64,000 bases of DNA. It comes from Candidatus Kaiserbacteria bacterium CG10_big_fil_rev_8_21_14_0_10_47_16. Lineage in GTDB: Bacteria > Patescibacteriota > Minisyncoccia > Phycocordibacterales > UBA918. Made by a program: the position numbers and the translations under genes. Under the pieces are notes generated by a model. That model searched no databases. It saw only the letters and a list, made by a program, of their open reading frames with translations, and was not told the DNA's origin. Location: assembly GCA_002773395.1 (NCBI GenBank), contig PFBI01000004.1, forward strand, positions 12,615-76,614. The letters run 5' to 3'. Below, piece after piece: positions 17,776 to 27,701 of this stretch (positions are counted from its first letter, which is position 1; each line of letters opens with the position of its first letter).

Positions 17776-18902
17776 TGGATGAATTACCGAGTGTTAAACC
17801 TCTTTCATTGCAGCGCCGTCGCTACCTCTCCTTTTTCCTTTTGGGGCTTTTTGTTCTCGGTCTACCATTCTTGTACCTCTATGCTACAGGATACCGTTTC
17901 AGTCTTGATGCAAACGGAACCTTCATAAGTACCGGAGGACTTTATGTGGCGGCAAAGCGTACGGGTGCAGAGATTTATATTGACAATCAACTCGTACGCG
18001 AGACACGTACCTTCCGTACAGCGTTTTATGCGCAAGGTCTTGAACCAGGGACACATCGAGTACATGTGCAGCGCGACGGGTATCACACATGGGTAAAAGA
18101 ACTTCCGGTATACGCACACGTCGTGACAGAAGCACAAGCATTCAACATTGCATTGGTACCTCAATTACGATTTGTCTCACCGTGGAAAAATAGTGTAGGA
18201 GACACCGTGCTCTTTGCGAGCTCAACACTTGCTGCATCGTCGACAAACACAGTCGTGGTACAAAAATCAAAAGACACGGCAAAGCTTATTTCTGATACAG
18301 AGTATGAAACATTGCTTGAACTTTTTTCAGGTGAAGCGCAAAAGACACCAACAACGGCATCACTTCCTGGGCGGGTAGGGGACTTACTCGGTGGCTCTGC
18401 AACAACGACTGCGACCACAACAAAAGAATCTAACAGCGTCCGCCTGTATCAACAGGGAGATGATGTCGCAGTTTCATGGACGAGTTCTCGAGAGAGCATG
18501 CCGTACTACTACTGTGCTGAAGAATTCGATCTTCTTGGAGACGTAGCGTCGGAAGTCCCGACTGCATCACCGGTAACCAAAAAAGCAGCCCTTGCACTGG
18601 CGGCGGATGTGACAACAGAAATGATTGGACCGGTTCAGTCGGTCTCGCAAGATGCATTATGTACGCCAGAAATTATTCTTGACCGAAGAGGGGAGACGGT
18701 GCGAGATTTTGATTTTTATCCGGGGAGCACTGACCTTGCCCTCCTTACACTTGATTCAGGAGTATACGTTGAAGAGTTCGACGGACGCGCGTGGCATAAC
18801 ATGCAACCTATTGTCTTAGGAAAAGGATTTCATGCACGAGTGCAAAATGGTCAGATTTATCTATACGACGGAAAACTTGTATATCAGGTTATAGTAGAGT
18901 AA
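17776..18902 (+). CDS. Membrane-anchored protein with a PEGA-like beta-sandwich segment; unknown function
   Basis: N-terminal transmembrane segment. …GTHRVHVQRDGYHTWVKELPVYAH… resembles PEGA. Start placed after the terminator; the tracked ORF start at 17655 is rejected. Confidence 0.45.
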
Positions 18903-18906
18903 TAGT

Positions 18907-19632
18907 ATGGACACACAGCACGGACACAAACATCCACTGTCGCAAATGATTGCAGAGATCAATAGTATTTTTGCCGAAATTGGATTTGTGTTTGCTGAAG
19001 GTCCAGAAGCCGAGACTGAATATTACAACTTTGACCAATTGAATGTCCCAAAGGATCACCCGTCACGAGACATGCAGGATACCTTCTGGTTTCGGAAAGA
19101 AGACGTGTCTGAGCCAACGGTACTCCGAACGCATACGTCACCCGTACAGGCTCGGTATATGGAGGCCAATGAGCCGCCAATTCGCGTTATTGTGCCTGGG
19201 AAGGTGTTTCGTAACGAAGCTACCGATGCGACGCATGAGGCGCAGTTTTACCAGCTTGAGGGGCTGTATGTCGACAAAGGCGTCAACATGGGGCACCTCA
19301 AAGGGACACTTGAGTATTTCTTCTCCAAATTCCTCGGTGGGGAGACAGAAGTACGGTTTCGTCCGAGTTTCTTTCCATTCGTGGAGCCGGGTGTAGAAGT
19401 GGATATGAAGGTCTCTTCTTCGAGTGGGAGCAAGCTTGCTGGCCGCTGGGTGGAAATTATGGGAGCAGGTATGGTGCACCCGAGTGTACTGAAGAATGCA
19501 GGAATTGATCCTGAAGTATATTCAGGGTTCGCATTCGGAATGGGAATTGATCGACTTGGCTTTATGAAATATGACCTCGATGATGTACGTAATCTCTACT
19601 CAGGTGACTTGCGTGTAATCAATCAATTTTAG
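18907..19632 (+). CDS. pheS: Phenylalanine--tRNA ligase alpha subunit (short form)
   Basis: …HPSRDMQDTFWF… class II motifs. 241 aa. Confidence 0.9.
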   Translation: MDTQHGHKHPLSQMIAEINSIFAEIGFVFAEGPEAETEYYNFDQLNVPKDHPSRDMQDTFWFRKEDVSEPTVLRTHTSPVQARYMEANEPPIRVIVPGKVFRNEATDATHEAQFYQLEGLYVDKGVNMGHLKGTLEYFFSKFLGGETEVRFRPSFFPFVEPGVEVDMKVSSSSGSKLAGRWVEIMGAGMVHPSVLKNAGIDPEVYSGFAFGMGIDRLGFMKYDLDDVRNLYSGDLRVINQF

Positions 19633-19911
19633 CCCGTTAGAGATAACACATGTCATTTTATGTCTACGTACTCAAAAGCAAACAAGATAATCGATTTTAT
19701 ACTGGCTGTACTAATAACCTACGAAAACGTTTTAATCAGCACAACAAAGGGCAGGTTACTGCAACAAAAAAGAGATTGCCAGTTGAACTTATTTATTATG
19801 AAATGTGCCATAATCAAGAGGATGCATACGCTCGTGAAGAGTATTTAAAAACAGGTATGGGTAAGCGATATATTAAAAACAGATTAAAAGGTTTTCTATC
19901 TCTAACGGGCT
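19631..19911. repeat. Perfect 15-nt inverted repeat: agcccgttagagata at 19631-19645 and tatctctaacgggct at 19897-19911. It exactly brackets the GIY-YIG ORF
   Basis: Read directly. The left arm overlaps the pheS stop codon; the right arm encodes the C-terminus of the GIY-YIG protein. Confidence 0.8.
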
Positions 19912-19913
19912 GA
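19650..19913 (+). CDS. GIY-YIG nuclease superfamily protein (small stand-alone YhbQ/UPF0213-like)
   Basis: FYVYVLKS…DNRFYTGCTNNLRKRFNQHN is a GIY-YIG core. AT-rich compared with its flanks. Confidence 0.8.
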   Translation: MSFYVYVLKSKQDNRFYTGCTNNLRKRFNQHNKGQVTATKKRLPVELIYYEMCHNQEDAYAREEYLKTGMGKRYIKNRLKGFLSLTG

Positions 19914-19915
19914 AT

Positions 19916-21832
19916 ATGAAGGTAGTTTACGATTGGTTAGAAGAATATCTCGGAGAGAATGCACCTAGTTCTGAAAAGGTTGCGGATCTTTTGACATTTC
20001 ATGCATTTGAAATTGAAGGAACTGAAGTGAAAGGAGATCATACTGTTATCGATGTGGACGTACTTCCAAACCGCGCAGCGGATTGTCTCTCACACCGAGG
20101 TATTGCTCGGGAGATAGCATCAATTACAGGGGTGCCACTTGCCCACGATCCGCTCACGGTTCGTCCAGAGCTTCCTACTACAGATAAATTGGTAGCGACA
20201 ATCACAAATCCTGAACATTGTTCGCGGCTCACACTCGCCCTTATGGAAGGGGTCACTATTGGCGATTCACCGGAGTGGCTCAAGAGTCGACTGCAGGCAC
20301 TTGGTCAACGATCAATCAACAATGTTGTTGATGCCACCAACTACGTGATGCTCTCGCTTGGTCAGCCGCTTCATGCGTATGATGCAGCGAAGTGGCAAGA
20401 AAAAGACGGTACATATCATGTTGGTGTTCGTGCTGCCGCAGCCGGCGAGACGATCACGGTGCTTACAGGAGAAACATATGAGCTGACACCGCGGGCACAG
20501 CTTATTGTAGATACAACGAATGATGCGCCAGCAAGTATTGCGGGAATTAAAGGAGGAACCTATGCAGAGATTGGTAAAGAGACGACGACCATTATTCTTG
20601 AAGCTGCACATTTTAATCCGTCTGTGACGCGTGTCGCATCGCAGTTTTTAAAACTACAGACAGATGCATCAAAGCGATTTGAAAATGATCTCTCGCCTGA
20701 GCTTACCCCGTACGCACTTGATGCTGTCGTGAAACTTATTACAGATATCGCAGGAGGAACACTTGTTGGAATTACCGATACATACCCGATGGCGCGGTCA
20801 CAATCGCGCGTTGCAGTGACTGAAGCGAAGACGAACGCGCTTCTCGGACTCTCACTTACGCGAGAGGAGATGAAAGATATTTTGGTTCGTATTGGCGCGA
20901 CGGTTGAGGAAACTAAAGAGGGCTTTGTAGCAGTTGGCCCATGGGAACGAAACGATTTGGATATCGAAGAAGATTTTATTGAAGAGATTGGACGCATTTA
21001 TGGGTATGAGCACGTAGCACCTATTGTGCCGGAACAGATATTACTAAAAGAAATTAATGCTCGTCATTACTATAGCGAACGTGTCCGTGAGGTACTTATT
21101 GGTCTTGGATTCTTTGAAGTCATTACCTCATCATTTCGAAAGAAAGATGAAATCAGATTACAGAACGCACTTGCGAGTGATAAAGAATACCTTCGCTCAT
21201 CATTGAAAAAGAATATTATCGAGGTACTCGATAAAAATATTCCACTCGTCGACGTACTTGGTGTGCGAGACATTCGTGTATTTGAAATTGGTACGGTGTT
21301 CAGTAAAGGAGATGGGGGAGTGACAGAGCGGTTCTCACTTGCGTTTGGCGCTCGTACTCGACAAGATGGTTATAATCCAAAGGACGATGCTGTCCTCACG
21401 GAAGCAATGAGTGTGCTTGAGAAAGACCTTGGAGTATCGCTTGGTACACAGATTGAGAAAGGTGTCGTAGAAATCGCCTTTACCGAGCTCATAACACAGC
21501 TACCACAACCGACTGTATACGAACCACAACCTGTGGGAGCAGAGATACAGTACAAAGCATTTTCTCAATACCCGCACATCGCGCGTGATATTGCGCTCTG
21601 GGTATCTGAGGGAACAACCGCTGCAGATGTGATTGCGGTCTTACAAAAAGAAGCAGGAGATCTCTGTGTACGGATTACACTCTTCGATGAATTTACCAAA
21701 GATGGACGAACGTCATTTGCATTCCGCTTGGTGTTCCAGTCATATGAAAAAACGCTCGCAAGCGAAGAGGTAGATACGATTATGGAAAAAATATACGCTG
21801 CAGTAAAGGGAAACGATTGGGAGGTGCGATAA
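19916..21832 (+). CDS. pheT: Phenylalanine--tRNA ligase beta subunit (short form, 638 aa)
   Basis: N-terminus MKVVYDWLEEYL…, B3/4 and B5 domains, and a C-terminal anticodon-binding-like region. Confidence 0.88.
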   Translation: MKVVYDWLEEYLGENAPSSEKVADLLTFHAFEIEGTEVKGDHTVIDVDVLPNRAADCLSHRGIAREIASITGVPLAHDPLTVRPELPTTDKLVATITNPEHCSRLTLALMEGVTIGDSPEWLKSRLQALGQRSINNVVDATNYVMLSLGQPLHAYDAAKWQEKDGTYHVGVRAAAAGETITVLTGETYELTPRAQLIVDTTNDAPASIAGIKGGTYAEIGKETTTIILEAAHFNPSVTRVASQFLKLQTDASKRFENDLSPELTPYALDAVVKLITDIAGGTLVGITDTYPMARSQSRVAVTEAKTNALLGLSLTREEMKDILVRIGATVEETKEGFVAVGPWERNDLDIEEDFIEEIGRIYGYEHVAPIVPEQILLKEINARHYYSERVREVLIGLGFFEVITSSFRKKDEIRLQNALASDKEYLRSSLKKNIIEVLDKNIPLVDVLGVRDIRVFEIGTVFSKGDGGVTERFSLAFGARTRQDGYNPKDDAVLTEAMSVLEKDLGVSLGTQIEKGVVEIAFTELITQLPQPTVYEPQPVGAEIQYKAFSQYPHIARDIALWVSEGTTAADVIAVLQKEAGDLCVRITLFDEFTKDGRTSFAFRLVFQSYEKTLASEEVDTIMEKIYAAVKGNDWEVR

Positions 21833-21834
21833 TA

Positions 21835-21868
21835 AAAAGACCGGAAGCAAAGCTTCCGGTCTTTTTTC
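21835..21868. terminator. Bidirectional rho-independent terminator (pheT / cysS convergent)
   Basis: aaaaagaccggaagc-aa-agcttccggtctttttt. Confidence 0.85.
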
Positions 21869-21869
21869 A

Positions 21870-23321
21870 TTACACCTTCGAGACGCGGGCTCCCTGTGGA
21901 GAATCTTCGACCGTGTAGCCTTGGAGATTTAATGCTTCACGGAGTCTGTCTGCTTCGGCAAAGTCTTTATTTTTGCGTGCAGTCTCACGTTCTTCAAGGA
22001 GCTTTTTAATATCATCGGGAATATCTTCTGCTTCAATGACGCCGAGTGCTCGTGCTGCCACATCGGAAGCATCGGAAAGTCCGAGGCCGAGTACGATATC
22101 AAATTCACGAAGTGTTGCGACTTTATCTTTCGATATGACGGTCGTGTCTTTTACTAATTCCCACATGAGTGCAATCGCCTTCGGGGTATCAAGGTCATCG
22201 TTAATTGCCGTAAGGAATTTCACTTTGTACCCGTGGTTGATTTCACCGCTTTCATTTTTCCATTCTTCAAAGATGTACCGCTTGAGACGGAAGAGTGCTT
22301 GGCGCGCTCCGTCGAGTGCTTCAAAGGTAAAATTCATCGGTGAGCGATAGTGTCCTGTGAGAAGCCAATATCGGTAACTTTCAGGCGAGTATCCACGATC
22401 CTCAAGACCGGAGAGACGAATTCCGTTTCCGAGCGATTTCGCAATCTTCGTGTCGTTGACACTGATGTGTGCATTGTGGAGCCAATAGTGCACAAACGGT
22501 TTTTTTGTAATGGCTTCTGCTTGCGCAATTTCCCCGTTGTGGTGGGTATACTTCAGATCTTCACCACCTGTGTGGATATCAATCTGTTTTCCAAGTGTTG
22601 CGAATGCCATCGCAGTACACTCGATATGCCACCCCGGGAATCCCTTACCCCATTTACTATCCCATCCGAGCATGCCTTTTTTCCAAAGTGCGAAGTCTGC
22701 AGGGTGATGCTTTTCTGGGTTTATTTCGACACGTGCACCATCTTTGAGTTTGGTGATATCAACATTTCCAAGCACGCCGTATTCTGGAAACTTTGTGACA
22801 TCAAAATACACGCCATCAGAAATTTCGTACGCGTAGCCTTTGTCCATGAGTGTGGTAATAAGAACGATCTGTTCCTGCACGTAGTCGCTTGCGGGAGTGT
22901 AGTAGGTTGGAGGAATATTACGAAAACGAAGGTTGTCATCCTTGAAGGATTGCATGTAGATCTCTGCAACGTCGCGCATTGCGGCAAGGGTAATAGGCTT
23001 GCCGTCACGCTTGAGCGCTTTCATCATTTTGTCCTCACCTTCGTCACCGTCATCAGTGAGGTGACCGAAGTCAGTAAAATTGATGGTGTGATGAACGGTG
23101 AATCCTTGGTACTGCAACGCACGCTTTGTAATGTCAGGGAGAAGGTATGCACGGAGGTTACCGATATGAATATGATCGTACACGGTCGGTCCACATGAGT
23201 ACATAGAAACAACGCCTTTCTGAAGTGGTACAAAAGGTTCCTTTTTTCCTGAGGCAGTATTGTAGAGAGAGAGGGCCGTCGCTTGAGCTGAGTCTTTTTC
23301 TTTTCTGAAGAGGCCAAACAT
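21870..23321 (-). CDS. cysS: Cysteine--tRNA ligase
   Basis: HIGN (HIGH variant) in …GPTVYDHIHIGNLRAYL…, KIAKS (KMSKS variant), and Zn-binding Cys residues. Confidence 0.9.
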   Translation of the reverse strand: MFGLFRKEKDSAQATALSLYNTASGKKEPFVPLQKGVVSMYSCGPTVYDHIHIGNLRAYLLPDITKRALQYQGFTVHHTINFTDFGHLTDDGDEGEDKMMKALKRDGKPITLAAMRDVAEIYMQSFKDDNLRFRNIPPTYYTPASDYVQEQIVLITTLMDKGYAYEISDGVYFDVTKFPEYGVLGNVDITKLKDGARVEINPEKHHPADFALWKKGMLGWDSKWGKGFPGWHIECTAMAFATLGKQIDIHTGGEDLKYTHHNGEIAQAEAITKKPFVHYWLHNAHISVNDTKIAKSLGNGIRLSGLEDRGYSPESYRYWLLTGHYRSPMNFTFEALDGARQALFRLKRYIFEEWKNESGEINHGYKVKFLTAINDDLDTPKAIALMWELVKDTTVISKDKVATLREFDIVLGLGLSDASDVAARALGVIEAEDIPDDIKKLLEERETARKNKDFAEADRLREALNLQGYTVEDSPQGARVSKV

Positions 23322-23356
23322 AGGGCTTTAGTGTATCAGATATGGATAAACCTGCA

Positions 23357-24307
23357 TTACATCCACTTCTTATACTTGAAGAATCCAAAGAAACCGATAG
23401 TGACGACTGTCATGATTCCCACAATAATCCAGAAATCGTTCGGGTGCCCAAGAATCGGTGTGTGGGTTGTGTTCATACCGAACATAGAGGTGAAGAGTGA
23501 GAGTGGGAAGGTGATAAACGCCATGATGGTAAGGACGGTCATGATCTGGTTTTGCTTTGTGGTGAGAAGCGCAAAGTTTGTCTCACGCAATTCTTCAAAA
23601 GCTTCAAAGAGACTGTGCGTTCTGGTGGTGAGCATTTCTCCGTGCAGAATTTCTTCAGCAAGTCCGAGCGATACAGATTCTCCAAAACATTCTTCAACTT
23701 CGTCTTCAAGTGAGGCGAAGACACGCTCATGGGTTTTGAGCACTTGTCTGAAAGTAAGCACGCGCCGACTTGTTTTTGAAATGACGAAGACCAATTCTTT
23801 CTCGCGGTTATCAAACATTTCACGTTGGATGTCGTTCATCTTTGATTCGAGGTAGTCGAGCTTGGTATCCAGTGCGTTGTAGAGCGTGCGAAGGAGTGCA
23901 AAGAAAAGGTGAGCTCCTGTCGCATGTTTATTTGTTTTATAGAGGGTCCCGATGACCTCGAACTCTCGCTTAAACTGATCGATTGCGCCCATGTCTTCGT
24001 ATCGTACAGAGATAAGCGCATGCTTCGTAATGAGGAATTTGAGCTCATGTGCGCGCTCAATATCTTCCCGTTTTACAATAGGAAAATCCATGGTCACCTT
24101 GATGACGCCTTGTATAGAAAGTGCTCGAGACTGCGGTACAGGCGCAGCGAGATCTCCGAGGAGGGAAGGAGGAAGTTGGTATGTTTCAAGAAGCGCGCGC
24201 ACTTCGTCGGGCGTTGGATTAAGAACATCTACCCATGTGAGGGTACCTTGTGTATAGGTCTCTATCATGTCGTAACTCATTTTAGCATGACGTTTCCGCA
24301 TATACAC
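23357..24307 (-). CDS. corA: Magnesium/cobalt transporter CorA
   Basis: C-terminal two transmembrane segments with a GMN motif (…FGMNTTHTP…). Start could be the internal ATG at 24280. Confidence 0.85.
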   Translation of the reverse strand: MYMRKRHAKMSYDMIETYTQGTLTWVDVLNPTPDEVRALLETYQLPPSLLGDLAAPVPQSRALSIQGVIKVTMDFPIVKREDIERAHELKFLITKHALISVRYEDMGAIDQFKREFEVIGTLYKTNKHATGAHLFFALLRTLYNALDTKLDYLESKMNDIQREMFDNREKELVFVISKTSRRVLTFRQVLKTHERVFASLEDEVEECFGESVSLGLAEEILHGEMLTTRTHSLFEAFEELRETNFALLTTKQNQIMTVLTIMAFITFPLSLFTSMFGMNTTHTPILGHPNDFWIIVGIMTVVTIGFFGFFKYKKWM

Positions 24308-24326
24308 AGTTTTAGTATGACAACAA

Positions 24327-25634
24327 ATGTGTAATAATGCCCTCTATATGAGACTACAAGATGATATGAACGGACCTTCGCACGATCAGGATCAGGAAGA
24401 GATGGGACTCACCCTGTATCAGTCGAAGCTCCCGCTTCTTGGCATTGGACTTGCAATCCTTCTTGCTTCAGCATCATTTTTCTCAGGACTCCAACTTGGC
24501 TCAGGTATGAGTATGCAGGCGAGTGTCAGTTCACTCTTTTACGGTGAAAAGAATACTCCACCCGAAGACGTTGATCTCACCGAATTTTGGCAGGTGTGGC
24601 ATTCACTTGATAAAAAGTTCGTGAGTAGTCACGCGGACGCGCTCCCTACAGACGAACAGCGCATTGAAGGTGCGATTCGTGGCCTTGTCTCTTCATACAG
24701 TGATCCATACACCGTTTTCTTCCCACCGGAAGAATCGTCTGCATTCCAAGAAGATATCTCAGGAAACTTCAGTGGTGTTGGAATGGAAGTAGGAATGCGT
24801 GAAAGTATCATTACGGTCATCGCACCGCTCCCCGACAGTCCCGCAGAGAAAGCAGGTATTCGTTCTGGAGATCAGGTCATCCGTATTGACGACACTTCAA
24901 CAGAAGGTATGACGGTGGATGAAGCGGTAAAGCTCATTCGTGGAGAAAAAGGGACTACCGTAAACCTCACCGTGGTACGAAAGGATTCGTCTGAAGTGGT
25001 CGCAATCTCAGTGGTCCGTGACACTATCGTGGTACCGACAATAGATACTGAAGTGCACGGTGATACCTTCGTCATCAAGCTCTACAGCTTCAATGCACTC
25101 GCAGAAGCAGAAATGCAGCAAGCGCTCCGCACTTACGTCGGAAGTGGAACACATAAAATCGTACTCGATCTCCGCGGTAACCCAGGAGGGTATCTCCAGA
25201 GCGCGGTTGAGATAGCCAGTTACTTCCTCCCAGCGGGGCAAGTGGTTGTCCGTGAAAGCTACGGCGAGTCATACAAGGAAGATGTGTACCGAAGTAGTGG
25301 CAAAACACTCGGTTCGTACGCACCACAGAAGATGGTGGTACTGGTTGATGGCGGCTCAGCATCAGCATCTGAAATTCTCGCAGGCGCTCTGCAAGAACAC
25401 GGCGTCGCAACACTCATTGGCGAGCAAACATTTGGAAAAGGTTCGGTACAAGAGCTTATCGATATCGGAACAAAGTCATCACTGAAGGTCACGATCGCTC
25501 GCTGGCTCACACCAGATGGCGTCTCAATCTCAGACAAAGGACTCTCGCCAGATACGACCGTCACTCGTACTCCAGAGCAATACCTTGCTGGCGAAGATCC
25601 ACAAATGGACGCAGCGCTCAAATTCCTTCAATAA
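24327..25634 (+). CDS. ctpA: Carboxyl-terminal processing protease (S41 family) with a PDZ domain
   Basis: N-terminal transmembrane segment. PDZ segment (…GIRSGDQVIRIDD…). S41 catalytic region …DGGSASASEILAGALQ…. Confidence 0.85.
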   Translation: MCNNALYMRLQDDMNGPSHDQDQEEMGLTLYQSKLPLLGIGLAILLASASFFSGLQLGSGMSMQASVSSLFYGEKNTPPEDVDLTEFWQVWHSLDKKFVSSHADALPTDEQRIEGAIRGLVSSYSDPYTVFFPPEESSAFQEDISGNFSGVGMEVGMRESIITVIAPLPDSPAEKAGIRSGDQVIRIDDTSTEGMTVDEAVKLIRGEKGTTVNLTVVRKDSSEVVAISVVRDTIVVPTIDTEVHGDTFVIKLYSFNALAEAEMQQALRTYVGSGTHKIVLDLRGNPGGYLQSAVEIASYFLPAGQVVVRESYGESYKEDVYRSSGKTLGSYAPQKMVVLVDGGSASASEILAGALQEHGVATLIGEQTFGKGSVQELIDIGTKSSLKVTIARWLTPDGVSISDKGLSPDTTVTRTPEQYLAGEDPQMDAALKFLQ

Positions 25635-25640
25635 AATAAA

Positions 25641-25678
25641 AAGAAAACCCCGTGTCAAAGACACGGGGTTTTCTTTTT
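25641..25678. terminator. Bidirectional rho-independent terminator
   Basis: aagaaaaccccgtgtc-aaag-acacggggttttcttttt. Confidence 0.85.
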
Positions 25679-26390
25679 ATAATCCAATTTGTTTGAGAAA
25701 TTCTTTCAGCTCGGCATCTTTGATGATGCGATATTGTGCTGGCTTCATGTCACCAACTGCAAGATTTAAAATTCGTACACGCTTCAATTGCTGTACTTGG
25801 TATCCGAGTCCTGCGCACATACGACGGATCTGGTGCTTCTTACCTTCAGTGAGTGTGATGCGACACCGCGCTGGTCCTGTCTTTTCAACTTGTGCTGGTT
25901 TTGTAAAATATCGTTCAATGCGCATACCAGATTGTATGGTGCGTAAAAACTGATTTGTGATGGGCTTGTCGACGGTCACCTCATACGTGCGTTCGTGGGC
26001 ATGCTCAGGGTTGAGAAGTCGGTCAGTGATGCGACCGTCATCAGTCATAATCATGAGACCTTCAGAGTCTTTATCGAGCCGGCCAATAGGGAAGAGTCCG
26101 GTGAGATTGTAGTCTTCTTTGAGGCGCATGAGAATATCAGTCTCACCTTCAGCAGGAGAGTGGGTAATGACGCCACGTGGTTTGTTGTACACAATGTAGC
26201 GGTATTCTTTATGTTTACTGCGCACATCTACGGTATCGTCTTTGGCAATTTGCTGTCCAAGTGTTGCACGAACACCATTTATAAACACCTTACCCGTTTC
26301 AATGAGTGTGTCAGCACCGCGTCTTGTTGAGAGACCTTTGTGCGCGAGATATTTGTTTATTCGCATGGGAAATTGGAGGTCTTCGTTCAT
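25677..26390 (-). CDS. rRNA pseudouridine synthase (RsuA/RluB family) with an N-terminal S4 domain
   Basis: MRINKYLAHKGLSTRRGADTLI… (S4). …IGRLDKDSEGLMIMTDDG… (catalytic Asp). Confidence 0.8.
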   Translation of the reverse strand: MNEDLQFPMRINKYLAHKGLSTRRGADTLIETGKVFINGVRATLGQQIAKDDTVDVRSKHKEYRYIVYNKPRGVITHSPAEGETDILMRLKEDYNLTGLFPIGRLDKDSEGLMIMTDDGRITDRLLNPEHAHERTYEVTVDKPITNQFLRTIQSGMRIERYFTKPAQVEKTGPARCRITLTEGKKHQIRRMCAGLGYQVQQLKRVRILNLAVGDMKPAQYRIIKDAELKEFLKQIGL

Positions 26391-26431
26391 AGTTTTGATT
26401 TGAGCCGTAATTGTGCTATGCTTTTGAAATT

Positions 26432-27688
26432 ATGTCAAATCAAAAGGAGTTTTACGACGTTATCGTCATCGGCGGAGGTCCTGCCGGAATGATGGCAGCG
26501 GGTCGAGCAGCAGAGCGCGGAAAGCGTGTGCTTCTTCTTGAGAAAAACCGAACACTCGGTCGCAAGCTCGGTATCACGGGCGGCGGTCGCTGCAATATTG
26601 CAAATGCAGAAGAAAATGTTCGTGAGCTCCTCTCATTCTATGGAGATGCAGAACCGTTTCTGTACTCACCGTTTTCACAGTTCGGTATGAAGGACACTTT
26701 TACCTTTTTTGAATCACGAGGGTTGCCACTTGTCGTTGAAGCCAAAAAACGTGCCTTCCCAGCAACGCAAGATGCGCTCGATGTCGTGCGTGTGATGAAA
26801 GAATATGTCATGGCGCACAATGTCACCATTCGTACGGGGGTTCGCGTTGATGGATTTATTCAAGACGCAGGAAAGATCATTGGTGTGAAAACAAACGGAG
26901 GAGTATTTGCGGGGCGTACGTTCATGCTTGCAACGGGAGGGAACTCACGTCCTGAAACAGGCTCAACGGGTGAAGGAATTTCATGGCTCTCAACTCTTGG
27001 TCACACCGTACACAATTCAAATCCAGATATTGTGCCTCTCATTGCGCTTGAAGATTGGGTAAAGAAACTTTCGGGTACGTCACTTTCATTTATGAAGATT
27101 ACGTTTTCTGACATGGAAGAAAATAAAGAGACTCGATTTTCACGAACAGGGAAAATTCTCTTCACACACTTTGGTGTTTCGGGTCCACTGATTCTCAATA
27201 GTGCGAAAGAGGTAAAGAAGCTTCTTGCTGCAGGCCCCGTACGTGCGTACATCGACTTATATCCAGATACCGAAGTAGGTACGGTACGAAACCGCGTACT
27301 TGGTGTATTTGAACAAAACAAAAACAAAGACTTCAAAAACATCCTCAAAGGCCTCGTGCCAGCAGGAATGACAGAAGCAGTACTTTCGCTCCTTCCTGCG
27401 CAGGTTGCTGAGAAGAAGGTGCACAGCATTACGAAAGAAGAGCGCCTATTCCTCTCTGATCTTCTCAAGGCGATGCCGCTGACCATTTCGGGCACGATGG
27501 GCTACGAATGGGCGGTGGTGTCTGATGGCGGCGTTGATCTCGCTGAGATTGATACAAAGACTATGCGCTCAAAGAAGCACGGCAATCTCTTTGTGATCGG
27601 CGATGCGCTTCACGTGAGCCGTCCATCGGGCGGGTACTCACTTCAGCTCTGTTGGACAACTGGCTACGTTGCTGGAAGTGCGGTGTAG
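26432..27688 (+). CDS. FAD-dependent flavoprotein, HI0933/BaiN family
   Basis: YDVIVIGGGPAGMMAA dinucleotide-binding motif. ~420 aa HI0933-like. Confidence 0.8.
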   Translation: MSNQKEFYDVIVIGGGPAGMMAAGRAAERGKRVLLLEKNRTLGRKLGITGGGRCNIANAEENVRELLSFYGDAEPFLYSPFSQFGMKDTFTFFESRGLPLVVEAKKRAFPATQDALDVVRVMKEYVMAHNVTIRTGVRVDGFIQDAGKIIGVKTNGGVFAGRTFMLATGGNSRPETGSTGEGISWLSTLGHTVHNSNPDIVPLIALEDWVKKLSGTSLSFMKITFSDMEENKETRFSRTGKILFTHFGVSGPLILNSAKEVKKLLAAGPVRAYIDLYPDTEVGTVRNRVLGVFEQNKNKDFKNILKGLVPAGMTEAVLSLLPAQVAEKKVHSITKEERLFLSDLLKAMPLTISGTMGYEWAVVSDGGVDLAEIDTKTMRSKKHGNLFVIGDALHVSRPSGGYSLQLCWTTGYVAGSAV

Positions 27689-27701
27689 TAGACTATAGAA
27701 T

